Shown in pieces: positions 1-13,464 of a DNA stretch of 64,000 nt; within the stretch, counting starts at the first letter, position 1; the number at the start of each line of letters is the position of its first letter. The notes under the pieces are model-generated. The model was not told the origin of the DNA, searched no databases, and was given only the letters and a program-made list of their open reading frames with translations. A program made the position numbers and the translations under genes. The stretch lies in assembly GCF_006345805.1 (NCBI RefSeq), contig NC_042998.1, positions 91,016,001 through 91,080,000 on the forward strand. The letters are read 5' to 3'. Source of the DNA: Octopus sinensis (lineage: Eukaryota).

Positions 1-655
1 GGATCCTCTATCGTCATATGTTGTGGTGTGTGCTATTGCTCCATTCTAGTTTTCTATTCAGGCTAGGTTTATTTTCTATTATATGTGTAGCTTCTGTAAT
101 TTGTCTAATTGTTGCATCTGTTCTATGTGGGACAATATCTTAATCTCTATGTTATTGATTGATCCCCCGTGTTCCTGTTCGGCGTGTTGGTACAGAATCG
201 ATGAGCTTTTACCTTCCTTGAGTTGTCTCCAATGTTCATTCACCCGCTCTCCAATGCTTCTTGCTGTTTCCCCTACGTATGTTACTGTCTTGTTACTGCA
301 TCGTCCTTCTATACATCTTATGTAGTCTATAGTATAAGATGTATAGAAGGACGATGCAGTAACAAGACAGTAACATACGTAGGGGAAACAGCAAGAAGCA
401 TTGGAGAGCGGGTGAATGAACATTGGAGACAACTCAAGGAAGGTAAAAGCTCATCGATTCTGTACCAACACGCCGAACAGGAACACGGGGGATCAATCAA
501 TAACATAGAGATTAAGATATTGTCCACACATAGAACAGATGCAACAATTAGACAAATTACAGAAGCTACACATATAATAGAAAATAAACCTAGCCTGAAT
601 AGAAAACTAGAATGGAGCAATAGCACACACCACAACATATGACGATAGAGGATCC
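1..655. mobile_element. Penelope-like element 3' fragment (GIY-YIG endonuclease) as a head-to-head inverted duplication (palindrome)
   Basis: 1-321 is the reverse complement of 334-655 apart from a 1-nt indel. The + arm encodes VVYSIRCIEGRC..YVGETARS..R..EH..H...H..E..HI....PSLN, i.e. the GIY-YIG plus CCHH pattern of PLE endonucleases. The left arm runs off the window edge. Confidence 0.85.
322..642 (+). pseudogene. PLE GIY-YIG endonuclease C-terminal fragment (5'-truncated)
   Basis: Part of ORF 223..642 from VVY onward; the N-terminal part of that ORF is just the antisense arm of the palindrome. Confidence 0.8.
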
Positions 656-1336
656 TGAAAACATAATAAATACACAGATAAATAAACAGATAGAAATGAA
701 TAACGATATATATGTATATATATCTATGTATGTATATGTGTATATATATATATGTATATGTGTATATATGTGTATATATATATATATATATATTTTTTTT
801 TCCGATTAGATTTATTATTATTATTTCTAATATTGTTGTTATACATACATACAAGCATATGTAATGATAATAATGGGTGGATGTAAACACATGAACAAAA
901 TTAGAACAAAAGCAACAACAACAAAAACAAAATACAAATTACAAGAATGTATATAAACAGAAGATACAAATATTACAGGCATCCCCCCACACACACACTA
1001 AATAAACATAGACGCACATAGAGATATAAGCATGCGCAAATGAAGACATGCAATAGAAATACAAAATGGCTGACGGTTAGTAAGGAGAGACACAAATAAG
1101 TGAGAAGAAAACAAAGGACCACTGATGCGGTCACAGGAGTGTGACGAAAGAACTTTGGCCGAAATAAGATTAAGATTAATGTAAAAAATAAATATCACTG
1201 AAGCAAAATAACACCAAATATATAGTGCGTGTGTTTTTATTGGCTAAACTGGCAATATGACCATTCCGAAATATAACAATATATATATATATATATAATA
1301 TATATACAGGCATAAATTCATACACCTGCATGCACG

Positions 1337-1378
<42 letters not shown>

Positions 1379-2204
1379 TAAAGACATATACATCCTCCAA
1401 TCACACACCTACACCCGCACATATACAAAAATATATACATATCCGTATAAATGAAGGGAACGTGTACATGAAAGTCGCACTTATGCACCGGACACAGTCC
1501 GGACACAGTCTATATAAATATATCTCTTTCAGTTTCTGCCTGCCAAATCCACTCACTAGGCTCTTTGGTAGGTCCGAGGCCACAGTAGAAGACATTTGCA
1601 CCAAGACACTTGCACCAAGACACTTGCACCAAGTGAGACTGCACCAGAGACCAAGCTTCTTATCACACAGCCAGGCCTGTGCCTCTATAGAGAAAGTTTA
1701 AATGAATTTAAATGCATTGACAAGAAGTCTGATGAGGTGAGCGTATGTTATATCCCTCATAGTGACTTAAAAGGTTATCTTTGCAATAAATCCTGTTGTC
1801 ATCATATTTCTATTGAAATAAACGGGCTTCGTTTTAATTTCTTTTTAAAAATTGAAAATTTGGCAAAATAACTTTCTCATTGTTATGCTGGAGTTTGGAA
1901 CAAATAAATGTAAGATTTTGTTAGAAGATTTTAATTTTGTCACTTTAAAACAGAAAGTTTGTGTCATAGAACCAAGATCAGTGTTTAATAAGACTGTTAA
2001 GTCGTACTCGGTGCCTTAGAAAAGAACGGATGGTCACGGACGGAAGCATTTAATCATAGCTTTGCACGGTTAGCAACAACATGGAGCTAAACAACATCAA
2101 CAGCTGGTCATCCTTTTCGTTGAAAAGGAAACATCAAGGATTGATTCAACCAGTTCTAAATCACTTCCTTACCTAAATATTTATTAATATATCAGGACTG
2201 CTAA

Positions 2205-2403
2205 GGCAGAAAATTGCGCCGGAAAAATGCTTAGCGGCATTTCTTCCGACTTTACCTTCTGAGTTCAAATGTCATCGGTGTCGACTTTGCCCTTTGTACT
2301 TTTAGGATCGATAAAACAAATACCATTTGAACACTGGGGTCAATGTAATCGACTAACTCCTTCCCTCGAAATTGCTGGCCTTGTGTCAAAAATTTGAAAC
2401 CAA
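2205..2403 (+). mobile_element. SINE family A, degenerate copy
   Basis: Matches the younger copies: atgcttagcggcatttc...gagttcaaat...gtcgactttgcc...ctggggtcaatgtaatcgact. Confidence 0.75.
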
Positions 2404-2421
2404 TATATCAAGACTCCTGAC

Positions 2422-2472
<51 letters not shown>

Positions 2473-2523
2473 TATATATACATACATACATACATACATA
2501 CATACATACATACATACATTATA

Positions 2524-2562
<39 letters not shown>

Positions 2563-2615
2563 CATACATATATATATATATATATGTATATATATACATA
2601 CATACATTATATATA

Positions 2616-2687
<72 letters not shown>

Positions 2688-5441
2688 TGTGGGCAATATC
2701 AGACAAAATGTCTTACAGTATTTTGTTGTGTCCCTTTACGTTGGAAGTTCATCGAGGTCAATAAAACAGGCACTGCATATCTACTTATTCACTTGGTTTC
2801 AACGGCTGGATACTGTTCCTAACGCCAACCACTTTACGGGGCGTACTTAGTACATTTTCTTGTGGTCCCATTACTAGAAGGATTGTCATGTTCTCAACCA
2901 GGCTAAAAGGTCCTCTCGACTCTATACTTTACAGAATTTGTTTGTAGTATTTTACAAAGATGCTTATCTAGATCCTCTTCTGGTAAACATACGATGATGG
3001 CGAATATGACAGGATTTTAAGAGGACAATCCGAGAACAAAAGAAACAAACGTGAAAACTGTGGTTTCAATCTTTGGTCATGCATCCGTTATACATCTACA
3101 CACACACACATATGCATACAGCGCGGGCATGAATGCGTGGTTAGGAAATACGCTTCGCAACCACATGGTTTCAGGTTCGATCTTACTGGGAGGCACCGTC
3201 AAGAACTGGGGGTCGGCGTAACCTCCGCCTCCCCCACTGAAATGTGACTTTGTGTTTATGTTAGAACGTATTTACTGCGAGGAACTAGAAGAACTAACAT
3301 TTTGTGCGTAGGCTCTTTATCAAGAGAAATAATAGAAAAAAACTTCGGCAGTCATATCAATTTCTCTGTTAATTATTATCCTCTTTTTCCATGTTTTGCT
3401 TCAAATTTCCTCAGCTGAAGAATTCTATTAATATACTTCAAGCAATTAAACTTATCTGAAATGAAAAATAGCAAAACGAGAACAAAGCAACATAAAAAAA
3501 AACCCACCAACAACAAAACAACGACCTCCCAGCTCTCATTCTCCCAAAATCTGTGTGCTGTATCCGAGAATAGATGTAGTCGATTGTTTAACAAATAGCA
3601 TTTAACTTAATTGTTATGTGTGTACTAAAGAAAGGGTGTTAAAAACAAAAGGCAACACCGTGTAGTTGCAAATACTATTGCCATTTTGAAAAATGAGTAA
3701 TGTTTTTAGAGTTGTAACCTACACCCTCAGACAGAATACATAATTTGTGTAGGTAGAGAAATTGTATATTTTCTGCTCTGTAATCTTAAGAACTTCTGTC
3801 TAGCACACATCCTCCGTCGGCAAGGATATTAATCGTATCCGACATTTGGGATCTAATAACATGTTACCTTTCAATAAAAGTTAACCGGAAATACTTTTGC
3901 TATTTATTTCAATGAAAAATGTTTGCCTTCCACTTGTCACTTAACAGCTCCCTACTTGAAAAATCTTGTTCATGCGTTCTCGGTAGAATTTTCTAGGAAC
4001 TATATAACCTCTTCATAAATTGATTCACTCAGAGCCCAGAAATAAGTCTTACTCACTAAAAACACATCATTACATATTCTACTTATCACTATTAGCAGTA
4101 TCTGTATAAATTCAATTGTTATTTTGAAGTTAATAGAAAACTATGGAATGCATAATTTCTTTTGAAACTGTTTCAATATGGAAGCGTTTGGTTTTCTAGA
4201 AGTAGCGAAGAGGCAGTACTGAAGATGAGTCTTAAGAAAAAGCAACTTTAAAAACTATATTCTTGATTATACTCTTGTCGCCCCTCTTTCGTTAAAAGTT
4301 ATCTATTATTTTTCAAACTAGGTAAAAAAGTAGCTTGGTCCCACAATCCATCAAGTTAAGGATTCTGAGATATATATATATCTTAGAATATATAACGATG
4401 CTAGCCGTGATGTTTTATCTCAGAAAAACTTTTCAAAGAGACGTGTGTTGTTAAAAACGCGTATATTTATTAAATGTTGAGGTCAAAAATGAGTGAATGT
4501 TGTGTCTACGGATTTCTGTGCCGGAACGAATATTTTGGCTTAGTTCAGAATGTCTAGTAGCTATTCGTCACTGAGGAAAGCAAATTTATTTGAAATACTG
4601 GTGTTTGACGATCTACTGCTGACATTCTGAGCGAGTTTTGTGTTGTTTTTTTTTTTTAAACGCATAAGACGCTTTGAGAAGATTCACTGAGGCAAAATAT
4701 AACAGCTAGTGCCGTTCTATGTCTGTAGAAGAAACCTCTGTCTCCCTCACTAAATCTTACTCTGTGCTTCACTCACATACAGACACGCATATGACTGACT
4801 ATGACTCGCAAACAAATGGCTATTTTGCTTTTGTTCACTTGCTATTATCGTGAAAGTTTTGATTTTCAAACTCATCAAAATCAACAAAAGATAGTTGTTG
4901 TGGTTATTTTCAGCCAAGTATACCGTGCCGTTGATTATGTGCGTTCGTTTTTCGACGAACAACTTCTGGAGTTCTCTGTGCCTCAGTATAAGGTACCGTT
5001 TTTGGTCAAGAAATCAGATCCAGTCATCCATTGAGAGACCCTACGAAGTATGGTCGTCTGATATTCACGAACACTACATGCTTTGACATGAATACTTTTT
5101 CTACTTTACGCACATACAGAAAGACACACTTAAAATGTAACTTTTGTTCGACTAAGTTTTATCTGTGAAATATCATTTGTGAATTATTTTGTCAGGAATA
5201 TCGATCACAATACACGAGTTGCAAAAATTATGTATTAAAAGATGGTAGGCTTCGCTGGGTGACAGCGACAAATACTGTTGAAAAGACCAAATCTTCACTA
5301 TTAGGAACAAGCAAGAATAAGCAAGAAAATGAAAGAGTGTGGATTAAGGAAGAAAATAGAGATGTTTCTCAAATTTGAAATATTCTGTCTATAATAGCTT
5401 TGACTTTCCTAACTTTACCAAATTGAGAACAGAACAAGCAT

Positions 5442-5520
<79 letters not shown>

Positions 5521-5545
5521 CAAAAGCACTCACCACAGCTACAAC

Positions 5546-5587
<42 letters not shown>

Positions 5588-6479
5588 ATATATATGAATA
5601 CGTACACAGACAAAGCGTTTGACAATGCTTACCAATATATAAATAAAAACGACTTACTTAGAAGGATATAATGTAAAAATTCAACAATAAAATAAAAGAA
5701 ACAGGAAAAATATGTGAAGGAACAGATCGTATGTTCCGTAATAAAATTATAGTGGATACCGTAAGATATGAACAAATTTAAATAAATAGCAATTGATTAG
5801 AACACACATGTTGCGAAAAATAATTTACGAAAAAATGTTTGAACAATTAATTATACAGGAAATACTACTTACATTAAACTTATGGTAGTGTAATGTAAAT
5901 GCATGATAATTTATTCAGGCGAATAAATTATCATAATTGGATACAACTTACCCAACAAAAACTCACTACTTGAATGGACCATAAACAAAACTTGACTTAA
6001 ACAGGATTTAGATAATCCTATCAGGTGGTGCTATTAAGTTAGACATGGCCTGGACCAATCTTTGGTCGAAACATATCTAAGTTTTTAAAGTTTTTTTTTT
6101 TACATTTGCCTTTAACTGTATTTACATAAATACTATGGGTATTGGTTCTGTATCTTTTATCTTTTCACTTGTTTCAGTGATTGGAACTGTGGTCGTGCTG
6201 GGGCTACCCCTCGAAGGTTTTAGTCGAACAAAACGACCCCAGTATATTGGCTACTTATTCTGTAAGTCCTTTTTTTTTATTGAACCGCAGGTTACGGCTA
6301 CGTAAACAGGCCAATACTGGTTGTCAAGCGGTTGTGGTTGATAAATACGCGCGCCCGCGCATGACCGGCTTCCGCATAGTTCTGTCTACCATATTTCCTC
6401 ACAAAGCGTTGGTCGGCTCGGGTCCATTGCAGAAGCACTTGCTAATGCTGCCGCATAGTAGGCACCATTGACAAGTGCC

Positions 6480-6960
6480 TCTTAACAAGTGCTTCTTTGG
6501 CAAAGCTGATTGTGTCTGTGAGTGATTTTACATCAATTAGTTAAATGATTTTTCTCTGGATGCGATTTAGAATGTCTTTGTGTGTGACGGCAGCGTTACC
6601 GTTCCAGATCTGGGAGTAATGTTCCATTGTGGTTGATACGTGGTAGGGAAAAGTTAGAGAGGAATAAGGGGTCGCATCTTCAGCGTAAGAGTGGACGTTG
6701 TCGGACGTGACAGCACGTGGTCATTTATGTATAGATGGAAGAGAAAGGAGAACAAAACCAAACCCCGGAGGTACACCAGATGAAATGTAGGACAGAAAGA
6801 GCCTAGTTCACTCACGTCGCAAGAGTGTGATCTCATAGGGAACTACCGATTCAAGAGAGGAGACAGTTTTAGATGGGAAACTTTAGTAGATGATTCGTAT
6901 GATTCACCGAATTTCTTTAAGGTGAAATCCAATTAGTTGGTGACGTAGAACAGGTCTCCA
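6480..6960 (-). pseudogene. Degenerate non-LTR (CR1/Jockey-like) reverse transcriptase fragment
   Basis: Across frameshifts the minus strand reads GVPRGLVLFSFLFHLYIND...LYAED, matching the GVPQGSVLSPxLFxLYINDL...YADD RT motifs, followed by LNRIQRK-like sequence. Confidence 0.7.
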
Positions 6961-8051
6961 GTGGACAAGACTTCTTTGAAGCTGTACAAGGTCGGATTAA
7001 GACCCATAGAGACCCTAAGCACTTAAAAGATTTTGGTGCCCCTATTTATATGTAATTCAACATATAAATAATAATAAACCATAAAATAAATTTTTGTCAA
7101 AATGAAACAAAACTATCAGTAAGATGGAAAATAATGTTTGTTTTCGTATACTTTCACTTTATTTATACCTGAAAAATTTCCTACTTTTTTTAATTGCAAA
7201 GTTTGTGATCAGATCCTCATTATGATACCATGAACACTTCAAAATTATATTTCTTATATAAACCACTTCGAATATTATTTTAGCATGTTTAAAGTGATTT
7301 CTTTTGTGCCGTAAAACATTTGTCATTTCTGTGATGTCCCTCTCCTTGATGCCCTAAGCATGTGATTTGCTTAATGGTAAATCCAGCAATGAAGCTGTAT
7401 AGGGGATCATTAGCAATGACACGTTCTTCGTAGCTGTACTTATTCACTGAACATTTACTCAATTTAATCCAGTTCTTCATATTAGCGCGATTAAATCTTT
7501 ATGAGAATGGAGTCAGACTTCTTCGCTTCTTTTCTTGTCATTTTGAATCATCTTCATTTTCAATAAATATAATTTAAGTAAGGTACAGGAATATTAGGTA
7601 GAAATAGAATAGTTTGTTTGTGTGTGTGTGAGTGTGGATACAAAGAATACATTATCTCAAGTTGGTTTGACTGAGTGTTGTTTTGGTTATAATGGAGCAC
7701 ATCATAAACAGATTTGTGTCACAATAACGATTAAAAAGAAAACAGAGAGACTGGAAGGCAGAAATTGATTCAGCCGGACACTTTTGTGAAATATTGGAGT
7801 TGGAACTTTTAGAGAAAGAAAAGTTGCAAACAAATAAACAAACATACAAACAAATAAATAAACGAAAAATGGAGGGGAAGACATGTGCTAATTTGCTCGG
7901 TTGACCCTCCCCTCCTCCTTTTCACGCTTCCATGTCACATGTCACGTGATATTGGAAGTGGTTGGATACATGCGCACGCGCAGACGTATATGTGTGTGAA
8001 TGTAATTTATATGTGTATATATATGCGTGAATGTATATGATTATACATACA

Positions 8052-8125
<74 letters not shown>

Positions 8126-8435
8126 TGTGTGTGTAAAAGACAAATTAGATTAGGAAAATTGAACCAAGTACAATATTATTCTCAACATGTGGAAAAAATC
8201 TTTTATCTGATCTTTTAACCGCTTACGATAAAAAACTTTGAGACGTTCAATATGCATTCTCAGGTTTCCTTACGAAATACATTCGTCAAATGAAAATCCA
8301 ATTCTTTCAAAAGTTGCTCCATTATTAACAGCAGCCACATGTGCAGTTTCAAACAATGCAGCATTTAAATTCGAAGAGAAATTTCCAGAATGCTCTATCT
8401 ATTGGTGACAGCTTGTGTTTCTCGGCTTATTATTG

Positions 8436-8993
8436 TGTAAAAGTTTTAAATTTTCATCTCACTAAATTTATCCAGCTTTTGTGTATCTAGTGCACTCTTC
8501 GCCTTGAATGTAATTATATATGAATAATATATGGCGTGTACTGGTACACCGGCGATTATAATTAATTTTATTGTATCGCATTTAACTTTGTTTACATATT
8601 CTCTCGATAAATGTTTGAGCGTTAGACGATATACCACAATTCCCTATTTTGTCGGGTATGTTCTGAGTCTGCGCAGTGTTTTGAATAGTTTAGAAAGAGC
8701 ATTTCAATAGAAGCACATGGGTCTATTAATATGGTCTTCCCATAATTAACAGGAATCTTACTGAAGAGCCAGCCTGAGTAAATAAATATTATTTTTATTA
8801 CTGAATTTGGCGAAACTGCAGTATAAGAAAAGCTAAGTTTGTAAAAGTTTTTAATTTTCATCTCACTAAATTTATCCAGCTTTTGTGTATCTAGTGCACT
8901 CTTCGCCTTGAATGTAATTATATATGAATAATATATGGCGTGTACTGGTACACCGGCGATTATAATTAATTTTATTGTATCGCATTTAACTTT

Positions 8994-8998
<5 letters not shown>
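8436..8998 (+). mobile_element. Non-LTR retrozyme family R2: ~1.4 tandem copies of a 404-bp hammerhead-containing unit
   Basis: Direct repeat with period 404 (8436 matches 8840). Homologous to the 397-bp unit at 25153-27219. Contains a type I hammerhead and ends at ttgttta|(TA)n. Confidence 0.8.
8756..8828 (+). ncRNA. Type I hammerhead ribozyme (canonical core, GUA cleavage after 8823)
   Basis: Stem I UCUUA(8756-60)/UAAGA(8824-28); CUGAAGA 8761-67; stem II GCCA/UGGC plus distal AGUAAAUAAA/UUUAUUACU; GAAAC 8812-16; UGCA loop; GUA 8821-23. Confidence 0.9.
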
Positions 8999-9043
<45 letters not shown>

Positions 9044-9047
9044 TTAT

Positions 9048-9246
9048 AGTTAATCAAACATGAACAAAGAGAAAACACAACAACGCGAGGACGTGGAGCA
9101 AGTGTAGTGTTATTGGACGTTCAAGAAAGGAAAGAAAGAAGGAGGATTTAACGTTTCAAGCGGAGCTCTTCGTCAGAAACATAGAAAAAGGAAAGGTCCA
9201 AGGAAGGGAAGACGGAGAAAGAAACTCGCCAACGATACACACGCGA

Positions 9247-9248
<2 letters not shown>
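9048..9248 (-). mobile_element. Solo ~200-bp PLE pseudo-LTR/3' end with minimal hammerhead
   Basis: Same element with the same boundaries at 42918-43106; same layout as the PLE 3' termini at 13835-14100 and 18760-18965; flanked by (TA)n and (CA)n. Confidence 0.7.
9147..9179 (-). ncRNA. Minimal type I hammerhead (PLE-type)
   Basis: Minus strand: UUU-CUGACGA-A-GAGC(UCC)GCUU-GAAAC-GUU-AAA. Stem III is reduced to the palindromic ACGU typical of PLE minimal hammerheads. Confidence 0.75.
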
Positions 9249-9298
<50 letters not shown>

Positions 9299-9846
9299 AC
9301 ACACACACACAGAGTCCAAGCTGTTGGTAACCAAATAATATCCAATAATAAGCCGGGAAACACAAGCTGTCACCAATAGATAGAGTATTCTGGAAATTTC
9401 TCTTCGAATTTAAATGCTGCATTGTGGCTGTTGTTAATAATGGAGCAACTTTTGAAAGAATTGGATTTTCATTTGACGAATGCGATGTATAAAGTAAACT
9501 GTGAATTTATTTTATACATCGCAAGTTAATGACTTTCCTGTGCCCGATGAGAACTCATTTTATTTTAATAACCATCACTAGTGTCACCATATATGATATA
9601 ATTACTATTATAGGTAAAATTTAGTATGTTAATAATAATTCCCCAGCGACCCCTTGGGGCTGGTACCGTCCACTTTGAGAACCTCTGCCTTAGAGTGTCA
9701 GGATAATCCGGTTGGAAACAATTGATCCACTCTTTTACACGTATATATACATGTTTAAAAGTTTACTTCTCTCTCTCTCTCTCTCCCTCCTTCTCTCTCT
9801 CCCTCCTTCTCTCTCTCCCACTCTGTCTCCTTTCCCCTCTCTCTCT

Positions 9847-10593
9847 GGAAAGACTCCCCCCCCCCATTTTCTCGCAAATTATTGTTTCTTTAAATTTTTT
9901 TTGCCCAAAACCCACAATTTCGGATACGGAGATTCCGGAAAATTGTCAAAAATCGGAATTTTGAAGTTTTTCCCCCCTTACTTCCTTACCTCCAATTTCT
10001 TCATTTTTCACTTTTTTTCCATAACCCTAACCATAAAACCCTAATCCTAACCCTAACTCTAAAACCCTAACCATAACCCTAAAACCCCAACTCCAGCCCT
10101 AACCCTAAAATCCTAACCCTAAAACCCCAATCCTAACCCGAAAACCCTAACCGTAACCCTAACCGTAACCCTAATCCTAAATCCTAACCCTAACCCTAAG
10201 ACCCAAACTTTAATCCTAACCCTAAACCCTAACCCTAACCCTAAAACCCTAGCCCTAACCTTAACCCTAAGTAGAAAAATTTTTTTGAAATATTTTTTCA
10301 GAATCATAATCTCCGTATTTTTCCGCATATTTTAACAACAAAAAAAAAATTGTGAAAAAAAAATTTTACAAATCTTTTTGGAATTTTTTTTTAGAATCAT
10401 AACCTCGGTGTTTTTACGCATATTTTGAAAAAAAATCTCTGAAAAAAGTTTAAAATGAAGAATTTGGTGGGGTAATTTCAAAATGCCGCTTTTTGCCGAT
10501 TTTTTTGCAGATTCGTATTTTCCGTAGCGTGTAGAAAAAAGAATTAAATAAAAATGGGGTGTTTTTTGCGGGGTACAAAAAGAAGTTTTGCCC
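9847..10593. mobile_element. Putative non-autonomous element containing degenerate telomere-like repeats, inserted in (CT)n
   Basis: (CT)n on both sides; internal CCCTAA variants; ~90-bp-period internal direct repeat (agaatcataa...cgcatatttt at ~10300 and ~10393). Confidence 0.4.
10021..10269 (+). repeat. Degenerate (CCCTAA)n interstitial telomere-like array
   Basis: About 250 bp of ccctaa/cctaat/ccataa/ccgtaa/aaccctaa variants. Confidence 0.9.
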
Positions 10594-11654
10594 TCTCTCT
10601 CTCTCTCTTAAAACCATTTTGTCGAAGTAAGGAGACTCTTTAATGTTTATCAATGTTTATAATGAAAGTCTACTGCCATTCCGCGGCTTCATTTAGAGAT
10701 TCACCATCGGCTGTGCAACAACAGAACCACCCCACCCCCTACTACTACTACTACTACCGCCACCACCACCACCACCACTACTACTACTACTACTTCCGTT
10801 CTGACACCTCATTAACTATTGGCAGATTGAATCCGAAATAGCTAACCAATAATAACACACACACACACATACATGCATTTACGTTGGAGCCTTCAAAACA
10901 TCTGTTAAAAACACTATGTAACCAAAAAGAATACAATATTGAAACCCTTTCTCAAATCAACGCGCCTTCTTTCTCTTCTGTTCTATCCATACCCGATATT
11001 TGCTCTCTGCTTACAATACCATGCTGACACAGCTGGAATGCTGTTTATTATGTGTCTTTGTATCATTCATTCCTCTTTTATTAATACCTGATTATGTGCT
11101 CGACCTTTCCGTGATGTTAGATAATCTTCGTGCCATAAGATAACAGTTTAAACTGGAAAAACAGATAAGAGTTGTCAGACAGCAAAAATGGTAATGTAAT
11201 TACGTAAGGGGGGGGGGATTTCTAACCTACAAAATCTCAGTACCCAAATATAACTGCCACCGAAAGCGAAGCCCATAACGAAAAAACAGTAGTATTGCTT
11301 TTGAAATTGCTTTTTCTGGATCTTGAGATTCAGTGGAAAAGTCGACACAGTTAAACGCTTTTGTGGATGCTTGTATTGTACATTTTTACAAGAATGCATG
11401 TTAACACACATACTCGCTCATTCACCCACAGGCAACTCACCCTCACATCTCTCACGCTTCTTTCTTTTCTTGTCCCTGTCTCTGATTATATTATGTGTGA
11501 GTGTGTATGCGTTTAAAAAATAAAGAAAAAATGCAGAGAAGTATGCATATATAGATACATCAACGTTTACTGTATATGTCTATAAATCTATAAATACATA
11601 GCACAAATAGATAGATAGACAGATAGATAGATAGATAGATAGATACATAGATAC

Positions 11655-11693
<39 letters not shown>

Positions 11694-12470
11694 CATCCAT
11701 CCATCCATCCATCCATCCATCCATCCATCCATACATACATACATACATACATACATACATACATACATACATACATACAAATATGCATCTTTATATGTTT
11801 GATCAGTTTCCATGTGTATCTTTCAATATCACATGATTAAATGATAAAGTAAGATACTCATGGTAATAGATTACACGTATAGCTAGAGGTTTATCTTATG
11901 TCTCTCTCTCTCTATCTCTATACATCCCTCTTTCTCTCTCTATGTATTTATGCTTATATCTATCTTCACCCCCCCACACACACACGCACACATGCACACA
12001 CATATACACACACAAAGTCTTTCTCTCCTGGAGACAAAATCCCGCAGCGAATGCTTTTCATGTTCTAGTGTGCAGGGACATATCAAAAATACATGTAGAC
12101 GTCATGATTTTAATCCTCTTTGATTCGTCTTCTTATACTGATTTAATTCCACCTTGCCAAGCTTCAACACACACCAGCGATATTTTGCTTCCAGTTTTCT
12201 ATGAAGTGACAAAAGATCCTGTTTAGTTCCAAATAACCGAATTGATATCTATCGCTGAGGTGGCGAAATCACGACGAAATACCGTGTTTGGAGTCTGCTG
12301 GCGCTGTTTGTATTAATGTGTGTTTTATACAAGAAGTTTTTTTTTTTATCATCTCCGAGACAAATCTCAGTTGCGAATGCTATTCACTTTCCATTCTGCA
12401 AGAATGTGTTGAAAATTTTGAAATATTATTCTTATCCTTGCTGATAAACACATACATGCACATGCTATAC

Positions 12471-12512
<42 letters not shown>

Positions 12513-13464
12513 AGAAGAATTGGGGAGGAGGAAGAGGAGGAAAAGATGAAGGAAAAGTAGAATTAAAATGCATTATCGCATCAATACATATTTACATCTG
12601 TAAATGTAAAGTTTCCAAAGTGAAAGTGCGGAGCTCTCAGATGTTTAGAAAAAGTTCCTCTTCTCGATAAAGACTTCAACTCGAAACAGCATATTTCTCT
12701 ACTTTCTCACAACAAAGTTATTTCCCTTTGTGAACTCTTCGTAGCAATTATTTGCGTACTTATTCGAATTATGTTGTGTCACTTCTATAAACATATATTG
12801 GCTTTATTATCTATTTGACCGAGCTAGCGGAATCGTTAGCACACTGGACAAAATGCTTAGCGGCATTTCGTTCGTCTTTACGTTCTAGTTATAATTCTGC
12901 CGAGGTTGACTTTGTCTTTAATTCTTTTGGGGTCGATGAAGTAAGTACCAGTTGCCCACAGAGGTCGAAGTAATTGACTAGTCCCCCCTCCCCTTAAAAA
13001 TTTCACTCCATGTGCTTAAAGTGGAAAGGGTTATTTATTTGATCTCTATGTGAAGGTTACACTTATTGACATTAAATAATATAACAGATGTAAAATATTG
13101 ATTCCTTATATCTTTGGAGGACAGACTATTTTGGTTAGTTGTTTATTTAAAGAAATATAGATTTTTCCTAGACTTCGTTATGTTTGATATTTTTCATATT
13201 TGAGGTTAATTCGTAGAACTTTTCACACCGTTTATAAAAACTACATTTACAGGATTACTAAGAGCCTCTGTCCTTTCTCAGTACCATCGTTAAATTTTGG
13301 TTTACTTTCATCAAAATTTAATCAAATTTATGTGACGTCACAAGAAAATAAACAGACGATTACCGAGAAATAGTTGTGAAGTTTCCTTCAAATCATTAAG
13401 AAGGGACATACGACCTTATGAAGAGACTATTGGGTGTATGTGTGTGTGGGGTCCTGCCGGTATA

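Larger units (their letters stand above)
8280..9482. repeat. Inverted repeat pair (8280-8435 / 9343-9482) enclosing the retrozyme and a solo PLE pLTR
   Basis: cattcgtcaaatg...cggcttattattg recurs as its reverse complement; the right arm carries a ~16-nt deletion. Confidence 0.85.

Noticed and set aside
636-670. SECIS element or hammerhead after the PLE endonuclease stop (atgacgatagaggatcctgaaa)
   Set aside because: No complementary 3' SECIS arm and no in-frame UGA in the visible ORF. As a hammerhead it lacks C3, a correctly registered stem II and a stem III/NUH site.
10021-10269. True chromosome end or fusion site
   Set aside because: Short, highly degenerate, single orientation, and embedded in interspersed-repeat-rich sequence.
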